Shown: positions 43,891 through 57,610, numbered from the whole stretch's first letter. The stretch is DNA of 63,919 bases, filler included, from Craspedostauros australis (GCA_030167865.1; 7 parts of 7 records of this genome joined end to end with filler, not necessarily neighbours in it), one strand, 5' to 3'. The notes: generated by a model not told the origin, from the sequence alone. Numbers and translations are program-made.

Positions 43891-46800
43891 TCATGCACCG
43901 ACCGTTCGATTCATTCTGGATCTCATCGGCGACAAGCCTCCTGGTTCCATACGACGGAAGCTCATCATCGATGGGAACATTCCAGTGCTCTCATTGTCGT
44001 CATCGTCACTGTCATCACCATTAGCATCGCGGTGGTTATGCTGGCCCGCATTCGCTCGGTCTTCATCGGTATCTTCTTCATCATCACGTTGATCCACAAA
44101 GGTGTGGCGATTTTGTTCACGATCCCAACCTTCCTTGCTGCTATGGTCACTATCTTCCACAATCGCAGCAGGTTGGGAGTCAACGTCCCCGTTTCCAATC
44201 CGTGATGCCGTCGCTGTCCCCGTTTCCACCGCGATGGATGTCGGAGAAAGGGAGGGTGGGTCTCGTTGGCAATCATTATCATCATCGGCGTGGCTGAAGG
44301 AATCCTCGTCAACGTGGACATTCAGCGTCTCACGAAATGAGGAGAAGAAGAACGCAGAAGTGATGCCTTTGCGTCCTTCGCCGTCGGTTTCCAATGGCGG
44401 ACAGCGAACTTCGTCGACATTGTCACCATCACCTCCCTTGCCGTGGCTGTCGTGATCGTCGTCGGCGCCAGATCTTCCCTCCATGGAACCAGTCGGTACC
44501 GCGAAGATCGAATCCCATTGCGGCGTACGCAGGTGCTGGGGAGATAGAAGACGATGGTGAATTGTGCCCGTCGAGTTCGCGTCTTGCGAAGTGGGCGTCG
44601 GATCTCTTTCTTCCAAGTTGGTTTCAATTCGCAGGGATTGGCGAGATTGACGTGTTGTACGGTCGTTGCTCAAATCAACGCCAAGAATGCCATCATTCGG
44701 AGGTTCTCGGCTTTCAGCCAAACTCTCCGGCTTGGAAAGGCCGTCAGTTGAAGGTAGGGTTCCAGCATGCTGTCCTCGCTGCTGCTGCTGCAGTTGCTGG
44801 TTCGAAGCTCCAATCACGTTATCTTCGTTGCCGGCGGTCCACAGTTGACTCAGGGGCGCTTCGTCACGTGTGCTTGAGAATGCCAAACCCGATCTGCCAC
44901 CGAACATGCTCATGTGTCGTCCCAGACGATTGATCGGAGATTGACGCGGAGAGGACACAGGCGAGATGAACATGAAAGAATTTTCGTCGCTGTTCGATGG
45001 GGACGTCATCGCATTCGTACCGCGAACAGTATTCAGACCATGGTCATCGCGTTGTTCGATCGTTGGATCGTTGCGAGGCGATGCCGTCTCCAAATTCTTG
45101 GCGAGACCAGACAACAACGTCTCTTGCGCGAGCGGCAGGACAAGGCCGGTGGAATCTTGATCGTTGGCGCTGAAAGATGAGAATCGCAGAGATTCGTCGT
45201 TGCTGTCGTCGCATTCCAGATCCGTCGTCACCGTTGCTGCCGTCGACGGCGCTGATGTTTCTGTCACTGTCGACGTCCCTGCTCCGGATTCAGATGGGAT
45301 TTCAGAATCGTCGTACGTGGAAGATTCGAACACATCCCCACGCATGCGAGGGAATGGAGTCATCGTCGTCGCGATGGAACCAAAGTTTGATGTTGCCGCA
45401 TCGGAAGCGGTTACGTCGGATGCTGTGTTGATCGTGCTGCCGATGCCGCTTGCGCTGGTCGCGGTCGTCATGGAGTACGACGAATCGGTATGCCCAGTCA
45501 GGTCTTCCAGCCGCTGCTGCCTGGCAGAAATAAATGCTGCAATGGCTGAAACGTACCCAGTGACGGGCGACACATCGCTCTCACTTTGTTGCGATGACAT
45601 GCTGGATTCGCTTCGGGAAAGGGACATGACCGGTTCATGGGTTCTCATGAGAGGTGCATCGAAATCGCTTCCCTGGTCGCGCTCGTAGACGTCATCACGT
45701 TGCTCCTCGTCATCATGGTGCTGGTGGTGATCGCGTTGGCTTGCTTGCTGCTGCCGTTGCTCTCTGCCAGTGTGCTTGCTTGATCGAGGCTGTATGCCCA
45801 TCGGTTTTATTTTTGGTTTCGTCTTCGTTTTACGCTGCTTGACATGACGTTGATTGGTGCCAATGCGCAAGTCTGGGTGCAGCCCATCCATGAAGGTTTC
45901 CAATGTCAGCTCAACACCGACCTGCGAGCCAAGTTCGCTTTCGTCTGCCCTCTTCACCTCGGAACGCTTGATTAGTGCCAATGCTGGTGACCGGAAGGTT
46001 CGATGTTTGGTGACTTCATCTCTCCCCATGGAGCGAGGAGAAGACGGAAGTGGAGGTGAGGAAATCGCAGATGCTGACGAAGCGGAAGAATATGCCTCGT
46101 GTTCCGCTTCTCTGTAGGCTGGCATGGGTATCTCCTCCAAGATGATTCGGGTCTTGGATCTGCGGGACGCCTCACTGCGTTCGCTTCTGTCGATCACATT
46201 GTGGCATGACATATCACCAGCATTGAAATCCCAACCGTACTCGTGGGACAAGAAGGTGTTCGTTGGTTCGGAGTATAGGCTGTCGGTGGACGTGTCGTGC
46301 GACAGCGGCATAAACTCCATGCCATCGTCGCGGACATGGAACGTCATGCAGGTTGGCGATGGTTCTATGACGAAAGTTGGCATAAAGTCAGGTGCGCTAT
46401 GCGGGGACTTGCAAAGAAAGGAAGCAACGCCCAACAGCGATCGCTTGCTGAACGATTCGCGATCGGTGTCTGTGTCAGTATCAACTTCCGTGTCGGTATA
46501 GCCCTGGGTGTAGCTGTCATCGTGCGTGTCGTAGGCACTTTCTCGCCAACGACGACGGCGGTACTTTTGACAACGGCTGTCATCCACCGTTGTGTCGATG
46601 GATCGGCTGCACATGTTGGCATCGTAGGATCGTTCCGTCGACTGCGATGATATAGCCATGGTGATGTCGTGGAAGAAGTTTTCGTCACCGCAGAAGGCGC
46701 CGTTGGTGGGTGATACCGATGGGTGACGTGATCTGGTTTTGCGCAGGCCGCACTTTATGGCCAAGTCTTGCATGCCCTGTTTGGTGCGGAGGCTGTCATC

Positions 46801-47991
46801 AATTTCATCCGGTCGGCAATCCATACTGCAAAAGCTGAACATGGGTTTGCGAGATCGTGGCATCATCATGGCGTGCGCCCCATCAAGCTGCACCGAGCCT
46901 TGCTGCAGATGCTGTCTCATGGATGGTCGGCGTGGGGACCGTTGCTGTGGCTGTTGCGTCGTTTTGTCAGCGGAGGTTCCGGATATGGTGACCGTCTTGG
47001 GGGATCGCAGCGAAAAGAGCTTCTGCTGCTGTTGCTGCCTGCATTGCAGGGATCCCTTGGGAACTTGTTGTGGGTCCATCTTGCGTCCGCTCGCACTGGA
47101 TGAACGTGGAGTCGAGAGCCTTGAAAACGATTTGGTCATATTCGTCGTTGTGGGTGTGGTTACCGTGGTGGGTTCTGTCGCTTGCGTTTCGATAATGGAC
47201 TGGTGGTCGTTGGCACCTGATGCCGCATTCGTTGGTGTCATCTCCATCGAAGCCTTGGGTCTCAGGACGACGAGGTCTGGTGTCTCTCGTCCCGGAATGA
47301 ACTTGCGCGGGGCTTGCTTCCGCCGTTGCTTGTGTTGGTGCTGATGCTTGGGCAGGTGTTTGGAATCGACGCGGATCTTTCGCACGGCGATGTTTCCCTT
47401 GTGATTTCCGTTGCCTTGGCTGTCGCTGTGTATGGCCGTCAGGTCGATCATCTCTCTCTCGCTCTGACTGTCCATGTCATGGGAAGGATGGGTTTGCGAA
47501 TCCGTCTTCCAACCAATCGCAACCGCGGCCGGTGGAGAGCTGTGCGACACCAAGCCCTTCATTTTGCCGTTGGTGGAATCGATGATGTGCTCCACCCGTT
47601 TGACGATGTTGTCCTTGCGATCGCCCAACCGATCCTTTAGGTCCAGGACGAAGCTCCCAGTCTTCTTGACTGATCGGTTGAAGGCCTTCACGATCTTGGT
47701 GGCGTTCTGGTTGGCCTTGGCATCCACCTGGGATTGCAACGAACGGATCTTTTCAGGAAGCGTCTCCTCCTTTCCCATCAGCTCGAACGTGCGCTGTGTT
47801 TTGAAGGCGAAAGCGCCGGAAGTGGCGGCAGACGCATCGTCGTCGACATCAGAAAGTAGCGTCGTCGAGGCGCCGTCGCCAATGTCGTCATTTTCCAACA
47901 CAGTCACATCGCGGCGCGTCACCTCAGATTGCTCGGTTGCGCGAGCGCCGCGATCGAGGTTTCGATCGTTGCCACCATCCGGGGTCTTCAT
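43891..47991 (-). CDS. Large hypothetical, mostly low-complexity/disordered protein (1366 aa)
   Basis: 4.1-kb uninterrupted ORF, S/T/D/Q-rich, no domain recognised. Confidence 0.65.
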   Translation of the reverse strand: MKTPDGGNDRNLDRGARATEQSEVTRRDVTVLENDDIGDGASTTLLSDVDDDASAATSGAFAFKTQRTFELMGKEETLPEKIRSLQSQVDAKANQNATKIVKAFNRSVKKTGSFVLDLKDRLGDRKDNIVKRVEHIIDSTNGKMKGLVSHSSPPAAVAIGWKTDSQTHPSHDMDSQSEREMIDLTAIHSDSQGNGNHKGNIAVRKIRVDSKHLPKHQHQHKQRRKQAPRKFIPGRETPDLVVLRPKASMEMTPTNAASGANDHQSIIETQATEPTTVTTPTTTNMTKSFSRLSTPRSSSASGRKMDPQQVPKGSLQCRQQQQQKLFSLRSPKTVTISGTSADKTTQQPQQRSPRRPSMRQHLQQGSVQLDGAHAMMMPRSRKPMFSFCSMDCRPDEIDDSLRTKQGMQDLAIKCGLRKTRSRHPSVSPTNGAFCGDENFFHDITMAISSQSTERSYDANMCSRSIDTTVDDSRCQKYRRRRWRESAYDTHDDSYTQGYTDTEVDTDTDTDRESFSKRSLLGVASFLCKSPHSAPDFMPTFVIEPSPTCMTFHVRDDGMEFMPLSHDTSTDSLYSEPTNTFLSHEYGWDFNAGDMSCHNVIDRSERSEASRRSKTRIILEEIPMPAYREAEHEAYSSASSASAISSPPLPSSPRSMGRDEVTKHRTFRSPALALIKRSEVKRADESELGSQVGVELTLETFMDGLHPDLRIGTNQRHVKQRKTKTKPKIKPMGIQPRSSKHTGREQRQQQASQRDHHQHHDDEEQRDDVYERDQGSDFDAPLMRTHEPVMSLSRSESSMSSQQSESDVSPVTGYVSAIAAFISARQQRLEDLTGHTDSSYSMTTATSASGIGSTINTASDVTASDAATSNFGSIATTMTPFPRMRGDVFESSTYDDSEIPSESGAGTSTVTETSAPSTAATVTTDLECDDSNDESLRFSSFSANDQDSTGLVLPLAQETLLSGLAKNLETASPRNDPTIEQRDDHGLNTVRGTNAMTSPSNSDENSFMFISPVSSPRQSPINRLGRHMSMFGGRSGLAFSSTRDEAPLSQLWTAGNEDNVIGASNQQLQQQQRGQHAGTLPSTDGLSKPESLAESREPPNDGILGVDLSNDRTTRQSRQSLRIETNLEERDPTPTSQDANSTGTIHHRLLSPQHLRTPQWDSIFAVPTGSMEGRSGADDDHDSHGKGGDGDNVDEVRCPPLETDGEGRKGITSAFFFSSFRETLNVHVDEDSFSHADDDNDCQRDPPSLSPTSIAVETGTATASRIGNGDVDSQPAAIVEDSDHSSKEGWDREQNRHTFVDQRDDEEDTDEDRANAGQHNHRDANGDDSDDDDNESTGMFPSMMSFRRMEPGGLSPMRSRMNRTVGA

Positions 47992-49267
47992 GTTGTGTGG
48001 GTTTCGGTGGCGTCCTTTCGATCTTCTCCACGTTCACTCTCGTCGATGTAGAAACGGACCGCATGCACGCCTGGTCTTGAAGTGCGTGCGGTTGATGATG
48101 GTTCGGTGCCTTTGTGTCCTTGCGAATCTCAGTGTCAATGTCAGAGGCAGAGAGAGAGAGTGTCGATGTCAAAGATCAGGTTGGTTGAGTTGTGGCGGAG
48201 TTGTCGGATGCAGTTGGAAGGGTTGTGATGAAACGAGATGTCGTGTGGTTGTGTTGCAGCGAACGGGATGGATCGAATTTGAGAGTGATGTGGTCTCGGA
48301 TGCAATTGTGTGAACACCTTTCATGTGTGTCACTGATGCGAAATCCATCCACTTCGCGCCTGCCCGTCGTTTCGCGATCGCCATTTTCCGTCGGAGGGAC
48401 AAGAGAATGACATCACTTGCAGTGTTTGTGCTGTCTCATTTTCGACATGTGTCCGCCAAGTGCCAGATGGCGCGCGCCGGAATGGCCAGTGGCGATGTCA
48501 CACTTCGAAGGGTCGGCTTGATGGAAACTTGTACTTTTACAGGCCTGATTGTTCCGTTTGCATCAAACCTATCAATAATAATATACATTGCCGTACCTCC
48601 AGCCTGTTGGTATTGGGTCACGATTGGTTTGACACGAGGTCCAAATCTATGGCATTGAGAGGTCTGTTGATCTGAGTCCCGAATAATACGTCAGGAGGGG
48701 ATGGAATCGATCATGTTCTTGTTCGGTGTTCCGTGTTCTGCAAACGAAATGGGAAACAAGGCAAAGGAACAACAAGAAATGAAGAATCTTGTTGGCGTGA
48801 TTGCTGTCGTGCGCGATCTTTCGTTGATGTTGACGTCAATGACATCACAATGCTGGGTATGTGTCCCTCGTGCGAACCTTGCACGACGTCTGAGCAAGTG
48901 TCCGGAGGGGAAGACAGAGAAAGATCGAGATCATCATCACCATCGTCGTCGACTTCCACAACTTCTCTACCACAATTGACAACAAGACGACCGTAAGGGA
49001 AGAGACGCACAACATATTGTAATAGTTGGCAGAGAGACAGACAGGCGCAAAGAAGAAGACGCGGAGGACCACGAAAAGCCGAGGAAAGGCAACACAATAC
49101 CAATAGTAGTACAACGCACAGCAGAGCAGAGCAGCCTCGGGCGCGAGGACTGGAGAGTTGCTTCTGGGTCACTGTTGCATCCACTTGATAGCCCCGTAAC
49201 ACAGCAACACAGCAACACTGCAACACTGCAACACTGCAATTTGGCTACGCAGCAAGCCGTCACAAGG

Positions 49268-52200
49268 ATGGCACCCAATCAGGTGACTCTGGCGTACGAG
49301 AGCGAGGACTTGGATCATGTCACTTCGTTCCAAAAGAGAGGTGAGGTATCGTATCTGCACAATGGGTGGGAAAAGGATTCATACCCTACTACTACTCCTA
49401 CTGCCATCGCTACCATACTGCTAGCATGCTTCGATGCCAAATGAGGAGCTGACGTACGCTGTTGCACAATCACAAGCAGGACAATGGTACTCTCTCTGTC
49501 TTTCATCTTTCGTCCATTGCAAATTCTCCATTTGTGCATCCCTACACATGTCACAACTCATCCGTTTCCACCTCTTCACCCCTCTCCCCCTTGAAAGGAT
49601 ACCGCACTACACCAATATTTTTTTGCAATGGAAAGCGCGTGCCAAACAAATTGGCACAACAGGCAAGATCTAACCAAACTCTCCTCTCCTTCATCCGTGA
49701 GGTCTTGCACCTGAAGGGTTCAAAGTTGGGATGCGCAGAAGGTGGATGCGGAGCCTGCACGGTTATGTGAGTTACTCTACTCCTGACACGATACCACTCG
49801 TCGTACCATGAACACCCCTTGCATTCCAAGATGATTGGATTCCATCATTTTGAAGTTAAAAAGCGCCACGCTGGTATTGTAGTGTGCATTACACACCGCC
49901 ATTCGCAATGTCGAGCAAACCTGATATCCCCGAGCAATGCTGCATTCGCTCACACCTCAAATCCGTGCTGCGAACATGTTCCGCCGTCATATGCAATTCG
50001 TTCCGTGCAGGATCTCCAAGACGGACCCAAACGAACCATCGAAGATTCGCCACGTATCCGTCAACGCTTGCTTGATGCCAATTCTCGCCGCTGATGGGTG
50101 CCACATCACCACCGTTGAAGGCGTGGGCAGCATAAGAAAGACAGAAGATGGCAATGGCACGCAGCTTCATCCCGTCCAAAAGGCAATGACGGAGCTCCAT
50201 GGATCGCAATGCGGCTTCTGCACTCCAGGAATCATCGTGTCCATCTACACCTTACTCACGAACGCTCGTGCAAATGCTCATGACCATGTGCAAGGAGCCG
50301 AGAGTGTTGGAGACCCTGACAGTGCCCACAGTGCCGTCAACTATATGGAAGAGCATTTGGATGGAAATCTCTGCCGATGCACAGGTAGGTCGTTGCAGGC
50401 CCATTGTTGTCAATTGTACGAATAAATCACAGTATGACGCATCGTGGAGTGTCATGTCGTACCACGCCGCATGATGCCGCACGCTTCCTGCGCTCGACAC
50501 CACATGTGCCAGCATGCGCTGAAGCTTGATGCTCCTCTGTCAGTACCCCCGGTGCAGAGCATTACCGCATCGTAGGGTGGAGTGCAGTGGAGGAAAGTTG
50601 AATCCATGCACTACTCGTATCATACCATACAATTCTCACAACGGCAGATCTTGTCGTCAACTGTGCAATCATTCGACATTGTTGCTCCTGTTTACACTTT
50701 CAACGCCAGGATACCGACCCATCTGGGACGCGGCAAGATCACTCTGCGACGATGCTCTGGAGGATGGCGTTATTCATGGACCTTGTGGCACGGCCTGCCA
50801 TGAATGCCCCGAGCATGACACATGCACGCAAGACTGCAACGAACAATCCAAGCAGGGGGGACACGGCCGACAGCAAAACACAGCATCGACGAATACCAAA
50901 TCCCAATGCTGCTCCTCGTCGTCCCTCGACAAGGCGAAGCTAAAACATAGCTTCATCCAGGAGCATCAAACCAATACTTGGAAGACTCAAGCTGACGACA
51001 TGTTCCCGCAGGAGTTGCTCACCACTTCACCCCTGGCGCAAGAGCAGCTTTCCAAACCGTTGATGGTGGTGGACCGTTCCGAATATCACGCCGCAGGAAC
51101 CTGGTTTAAACCTACGACGTTCGCAGAAGTATTGAAACTGCTTCAGCAGTTCGGGATCGGAGGATGCAAGCTGGTGGTTGGCAACACGGAGGTTGGGATC
51201 GGTGCGTTGGGAAAATGTGCTCTGTCGTTCCACTTACACACGTGCCACTCACGTACACGTACACGTACACGCATGTGTGGGATTGCGGTGTACAACATGA
51301 TGCTCTATGATAGCTCTGGTTTGATCGTTGACGACTATGGATCGGCTTGCTTCACCTTGGCTCAGTTCAGCTCAGGTCTCAATGCCAATGAATTTCACAC
51401 GAGCACTTCTTTGTCGTCTATGATGATCAAACTCCAAGGCTCACACTGTCCCACGCCACTTCTTCATCCTCTTCCATTGCATTGCATTGCATTGCATTCC
51501 TCTCACTGCAACACATTGTTCACGGGTGCATGTCAGAGACGAGATTCAAGCATGCGGTGTACCCAAGATTGGTCGCACCGTCTGATAGAATCCAAGAACT
51601 ATTCTCCGTCACGTACGCAGCCGACCGAATTGACATTGGAGCATGTACACCGCTCTCGACCATTCAGCATGAATTCGAGAGGCCATCTGACACAGACGAA
51701 GAATCAGCACTGTTCCGCACCGTCCGCCCAATTCACGACATGCTGAGATGGTTCGCATCAACACAGATTCGCAACGTGGCATGTCTCGGAGGCAACCTCG
51801 TCACCGCAAGCCCCATCTCGGATATGAATCCAATGCTCGCATGCTACGGCAGCGTCTTAGTACTTTCCAAACTTGATGTCGATGACGGCAGCTCGATCCA
51901 ACGGCGGAGGGTTCTTGTGTCGGAATTCTTTTTGAAGTACCGCACTGTCAATCTTGACACAGCCGAGGCCGTGGAGAAGATTGAAGTTCCGCTCGTGCAG
52001 CCAATCTTTGAATACGTCTGCCCCTTCAAACAGGCTCGCAGACGCGAGGATGACATCAGCATCGTCACTTCTGGCATGCGAATCAAGCTCGCAGTCGAGA
52101 ATGGGCAGTTCATGATCCAGGATGCGTGCATTGCTTTTGGCGGCATGGCGCCGACCACGGTGATTGCCAAGACGACTTGCCAGCAGCTCATCGGTTCTCC

Positions 52201-55200
52201 ATTCACACCTGCGACATTCACAGATGCCTCCGAAGTACTCCTGCAAGAGTTGAAACTGCCAATGGATGTTCCAGGTGGCCAGGCTGCGTATCGCATGTCA
52301 CTCGCAGCATCCTACCTTCATAAGATGTACCTCTTCGTGTGCGAGAGACTACAGAAGGATGTGTCGAAGGTGCAAGCCGACCCGGCCCGCTATCCTGATG
52401 TTGCGTCACCATTGCCGGAAACGCCGATCTTGGAGAGCGGAGACAAGAGCGGCACTGACAACTTCCTCACCGCCGCTAAGCCATCGTACAGAGGTGTCCA
52501 GACGTATCCCAAACCCAAGAAGATGCTAGGTTTAGAAGATACAGAGTCGCCCATTGCACCAGGATCCATGGCACCAAGGCCGACGTCGGAATCATTGGCC
52601 AGCAAAGTTGGAAAACCCGTAACGCATCAATCCGGTGCCTTGCATTGCACAGGAGAAGCTGTGTACGTCGACGACATGCCATTGCCGCAAGGCACTCTCC
52701 AGGCAAGCTTGGTTCTGACCAAGGAATGTGGATCGACGATGAAGAGCATCGACAAAGCACCCGCGATGGAAGTACCTGGCGTCGTCGACGTGTACACGGC
52801 CGAGGATATTGCCATGTTGGGTGGCAAGAATGTCATGGGTCCCATCGCCAAGGACGAGTTTGTGTTCCTCCCTGTGGGCGACATGGTCAGAACGGTTGGG
52901 CAAGTCGTGGGCGTTGTCGTTGCAGAGACGCTGGAGGCTGCCGAACTTGGAGCTCGATGCGTCGTTGTGGATTACGACGAACAGAAGGCCGAACTCCCCG
53001 TGTCGATCGAAGATGCCATTGCGGCTTCAAGCTTCTACGAGATGACCCGCCATGCGATCCAGCGTGGTGACGTGCAGTTGTTGGATCAGCTCAGCACAAG
53101 AACTGGCAGCGGCAACGACACCAATGGCAGAAAAGACAGCGAAACCACCACTCACAACATCGGCGACACCGTCGAAGTGTCGGGCTCATTCCGATCAGGC
53201 GCGCAAGAGCATTTCTACTTGGAAACGAATGGCACACTGGCTGTCCCGACCGACAGCAACACCAACTTGACCATCTATGCTTCCACGCAGGCACCCACCA
53301 AAACGCAAATGTTTTGCGCATCCACAACTGGCACCCGCGCATCGAAGGTGGTGTGCCGTGTCAAGCGCATGGGCGGCGGATTCGGCGGGAAGGAGACCAG
53401 AAGCGTGTTTGCCTCCTGCGCAGCCGCCGTTGCTGCGAAGCGGAGCTGCCGTCCGGTGCGCTTGATCCTGCCACGAGATGTGGACATGGCCACATCGGGG
53501 ACCCGGCATACATTCCTTTCCACCTACAATGCCAGCGCCGTGATGACCAAAGATGGGCCGAAGATCCTTGCAATGGACATCCAGCTGTACAACAACGCTG
53601 GCTGGGCCATGGACCTGTCCGGTCCGGTTGCTGACCGTGCATTGTTCCATGTGGACAACGTCTATAACATTCCAAATCTCCGTGCCACCGCAGTCTGTTG
53701 CAAGACCGCCGTAGCTGCCAACACTGCCTTCCGGGGATTTGGTGGTCCGCAGGTAAGTCGGCAAGTGTGAGCGTGGGCGTGGGCGTGAGCGTGGGTGTGA
53801 ACGATGGCGTGGACATGAGTCTTCATTTTCTGCCTGCGCTGTTGTCCTGGCGTACTCTGTTGACGAAATGACGTGCAATGTTCTTGGTTGACTGTTGGCG
53901 ATTGCATACTTGTGCCGCAGACCAAGGCAGTACGTGCGTGCGGCAGGACTTTTCAAGGATGCTTGGAACACGATATTGTAGATGCAAGTGCTGGTGCATA
54001 TGGAATACTCCGTTGGTTCCGAAACGGCTCTGATATTCAACCATGAGCAACACCATAAAATGCTGAACGACGTATTGCTGTTCATTCTCAATTGCTCTGT
54101 CCATTCTCAATGTTTCGAATGAACGAACGAACAGGGCATGGCAGCTGTCGAGCACGTGATGGATCATCTGGCATCCTCATTCCGCATTCCGATTGATGTA
54201 TTTCGTCGATCAAACATGTACAGGGTTGGCGACAGCACTCATTTTGGGACTGTCATCGGCGATGATAACATCAGCGGGAAATGGAATGTGCCCAGCATGT
54301 GGGATTGCCTTCACGAAGAACTGCAGTACGAAAAGCTGAACGCACAGGTGAAAGAGTTCAACTCCAAAAACAAATGGCTCAAACGAGGCTTGTGTTTGCT
54401 CCCCACGAAGTTCGGAATCGGTAAGTTCAGACCATTGCCCCCTTGCACAGATGGGCGACAGTTGTGCTCTCTGCCTTGCCTGCACGAGGAGAGGCATTGC
54501 TTTGCATATGTTGCAAATGGGTGACATGCTTGATTTGCTCATGTGTTCATGCGTTCTCTTGGCAACACATTGCGAACTATTCATGATCATTCAAAATTGC
54601 TCCTACCTGCCGTTCCACCCTCACACCTCACTCGCACGATCTCACACAACTCAAACTCGCGTGTGGTACCACATGGTATGGCATCGCACGGAACGACACG
54701 TCATGATACGCAACACGTCCATAGCCTTCACGGCCAAGTTCATGAACCAAGGTAAGTGTTTTTTGTGCGTGCCAGTGTCTTGCGACCGCTTGAGCCAGTC
54801 TCTCTCATTCGATCGAAACAAAAAGATGCTTGCGTCAATCGGAAATACACGCTGACAACACATCTTCATGCCGCCCGATACATTGCGTTGCGTTGCATTC
54901 TACTTCACAATCGTTTTGATTGTTTTGATGTCTTCCAACGACCATCCGATCTGTACCATACACACACACCCAAAATGCACACGGCGTTGTTTCCTGGTTG
55001 GATCAGGCGGAGCGCTGGTACACGTCTACACGGACGGGACCGTGCTGGTGTCCCACGGCGGAACTGAAATGGGGCAAGGCCTCCACACCAAGGTTTGCCA
55101 AGTAGCTGCTCAGGCATTTGGCATTCCCATAGATGATGTTTACGTCAACGACAGCAGCACGGACAAGGTGGCCAATACAATTCCAACCGCCGCGTCCATG

Positions 55201-56517
55201 TCCACCGATATGTATGGCATGGCGACGCTGGGTGAGTGAATGGACGAATGCGTGAATGGCCATGGTCTTTGCCATCAAACATCTTGCTGTCCTGCACGTT
55301 GATACGCTGCGGGTGTAACCTACAGTTTTCCTCTGCTTTGCCGCGTGCTCATGTCGAGGTGCACATAACCTGTTCCTGTGAGCAGCTCCTACGTCTCGGC
55401 CATCTCTCTCTTGCACTGGCATTCCTGCTCCAGCGTATGACTTGCTTCCCACCACCGGATCACTCTGTGATGGAAAACTGCACAACCTCAACACGAACAC
55501 TAATCTCTTTCACCTTCCCTCTGTTTTGTTTTTTGCGCGGCACATTACAAACTTCGCATCTGTCCTCGTATGATAACACACTGTTGACACATCGCACTCG
55601 TACCTGTACATAAATGTCCTTGCGGATGGTGCCATACGTACACTTGAGTAGATGCGTGTCGGCAGATCTTGGCTCGACTCGGACCAATTCAACACAAGCT
55701 GGGAGTCGATGCATCTTTCGCGGAGATTGCCAACGCGGCATTTATGGAGCGCATCGATCTGTCGGCGCATGGATTCTTCACCCTCGATGATGCACGGTGC
55801 GGATACGATTTCACCAAACCCAAACCAGATGGAGTCAAGGTTGCTCCTGCCGCCACCGCTGTTACGGAGGCAGATGGCGTGCCGGAGAATTCATGGAAAG
55901 GGCAACCGTTCAACTACTTCACTCAAGGCGTTGCATTTTCCCAAGTCGAGATCGACGTGCTCACAGGTAATCACAAAACAATACGTTCCGATTGCCTGGT
56001 GGACGTCGGGTCCAGCATCAATCCCTCCATCGACATCGGGCAGATCGAAGGCGCGTTCATCCAGGGCATGGGATGGAGCACGATGGAGGAAGTTGTCTAC
56101 GCTGACGACGATCACACCTGGGTGCGACCCCGAGCAAGGATGTTCACGACAGGACCGGGCACGTACAAGATCCCAGCATTCAATGACGTGCCCGAAACCT
56201 TCAACGTCTCCTTGCAGCAAGACGTTGACAATCCCTTCGCCGTGCACAGCAGCAAAGCAGTGGGCGAACCGCCATTCTTCCTCGGCTCCAGCGTCTTCTA
56301 CGCCATCAAGGATGCCGTGCAGAGCGCAAGGAGATCGTTCGGCAACGCTGGGTACTTCGAGATGCGGATGCCAGCCACAAGCGAGCGCATTCGCTTGCAC
56401 TGCTGCGATGCCATCGCAAGGGCAGCAATCGATAAGGCATGCAGCGGGGCTGGTGGGTCAAGCGAGTCTGCCGAGTCTGGCGGCGCAGAGACATACCAGC
56501 CACAAGGAAGTTACTGA
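49268..56517 (+). CDS. XDH: Xanthine dehydrogenase; exons 49268-49340, 49598-49766, 50011-50384, 50710-51201, 51537-53752, 54135-54420, 54725-54751, 55007-55231, 55652-56517
   Basis: 2Fe-2S motifs '[12 protein letters not shown]', '[10 protein letters not shown]', 'GNLCRCTGY'; FAD 'WFASTQIRN'; Moco 'GGGFGGKE', '[10 protein letters not shown]', 'SKAVGEPP'. Eight GT-AG introns keep frame. Confidence 0.95.
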
Positions 56518-57510
56518 GGTGCCATGGGGGTACTCCTCGTAGTATGGCAGAAGTGGCGCAGTTGGATGATCTCACGTCAACTGCTGTGATGTGATGTGAT
56601 GTGATATGCTGTCGAGGTACAAGTGCACGCACAGAAAGCAGCGACTATCAACATATCATGCGATGGTGGAACAAAAGTCTCTCTCTCTGTGGAGAGAGAG
56701 AGAGAGAGTACTCTACTCCATCTATAACCTATTTTATCACACGTCCCAGCGCCATGGCTCGTGCCGCACAGCTCCCCTTGTCTTAGTTGCCTCCAGGTAC
56801 CCTGGTTGCATGTTACGGTTATTGGGCGGTTTCGAATGGAATTTCAAATGTGCGAATCACCTCGTGGAATTGACTGACGGAAAACCACCTGGAAAAGAGG
56901 CGGCACGTGTGCCAAAACGAACAACTTTGCCCATTGCAGGGCACACATTCAGCAAGATCCTTGCACTGGAGCTGACACTGGTGCTGCATGTATTCACCAC
57001 GCTGTGCTGGAGCTGGAGAGCAGCCGAAGAGGGTTACTGGCGGCACAACAACACGAGAGGCTTGACAGTAAATGATGACCGTGATGAAGCTCGTCTGCAG
57101 ATTAATTGCTACGGGCAAGTGTGCGTCTGAGTGTGTGTGTGCTAAAGTTGTGTTGTGCCCATTGAGAGGGCCCATGGAAGGTCCCATGGGATTGTGAGCT
57201 TATTCTACTGTGGTCTTGACTGTGCGTCAAGTTCGCTAAATGTTGCGTGCGTCGCGAGCGCTCCTAATCGTGGCGTTGCTGACGCAGCGGCGTGCTGGTT
57301 CGGGTTTGGTGTCGTATCGATCAGCTGGACTAATTCATGATAACACTCGCCCTCAGGTGTTGAATGCGTTACCAACCCATGATCAGCTTTCGGGCTGCCA
57401 CGAATTTGGCTCGCGCCAATGGCTTCGTCATGATGTCGGCTTTCTGAAGAGTTGAATCGATGTACTTGATTTCGAAGGATCCTTTCTTGAGGTGAGATCG
57501 AAACCAATGG

Positions 57511-57610
57511 NNNNNNNNNNNNNNNNNNNNNNNNNNNNNNNNNNNNNNNNNNNNTTAATTAATTAANNNNNNNNNNNNNNNNNNNNNNNNNNNNNNNNNN
57601 NNNNNNNNNN
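57511..57610. other. Artificial contig spacer
   Basis: N-run with TTAATTAATTAA. Confidence 0.95.
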
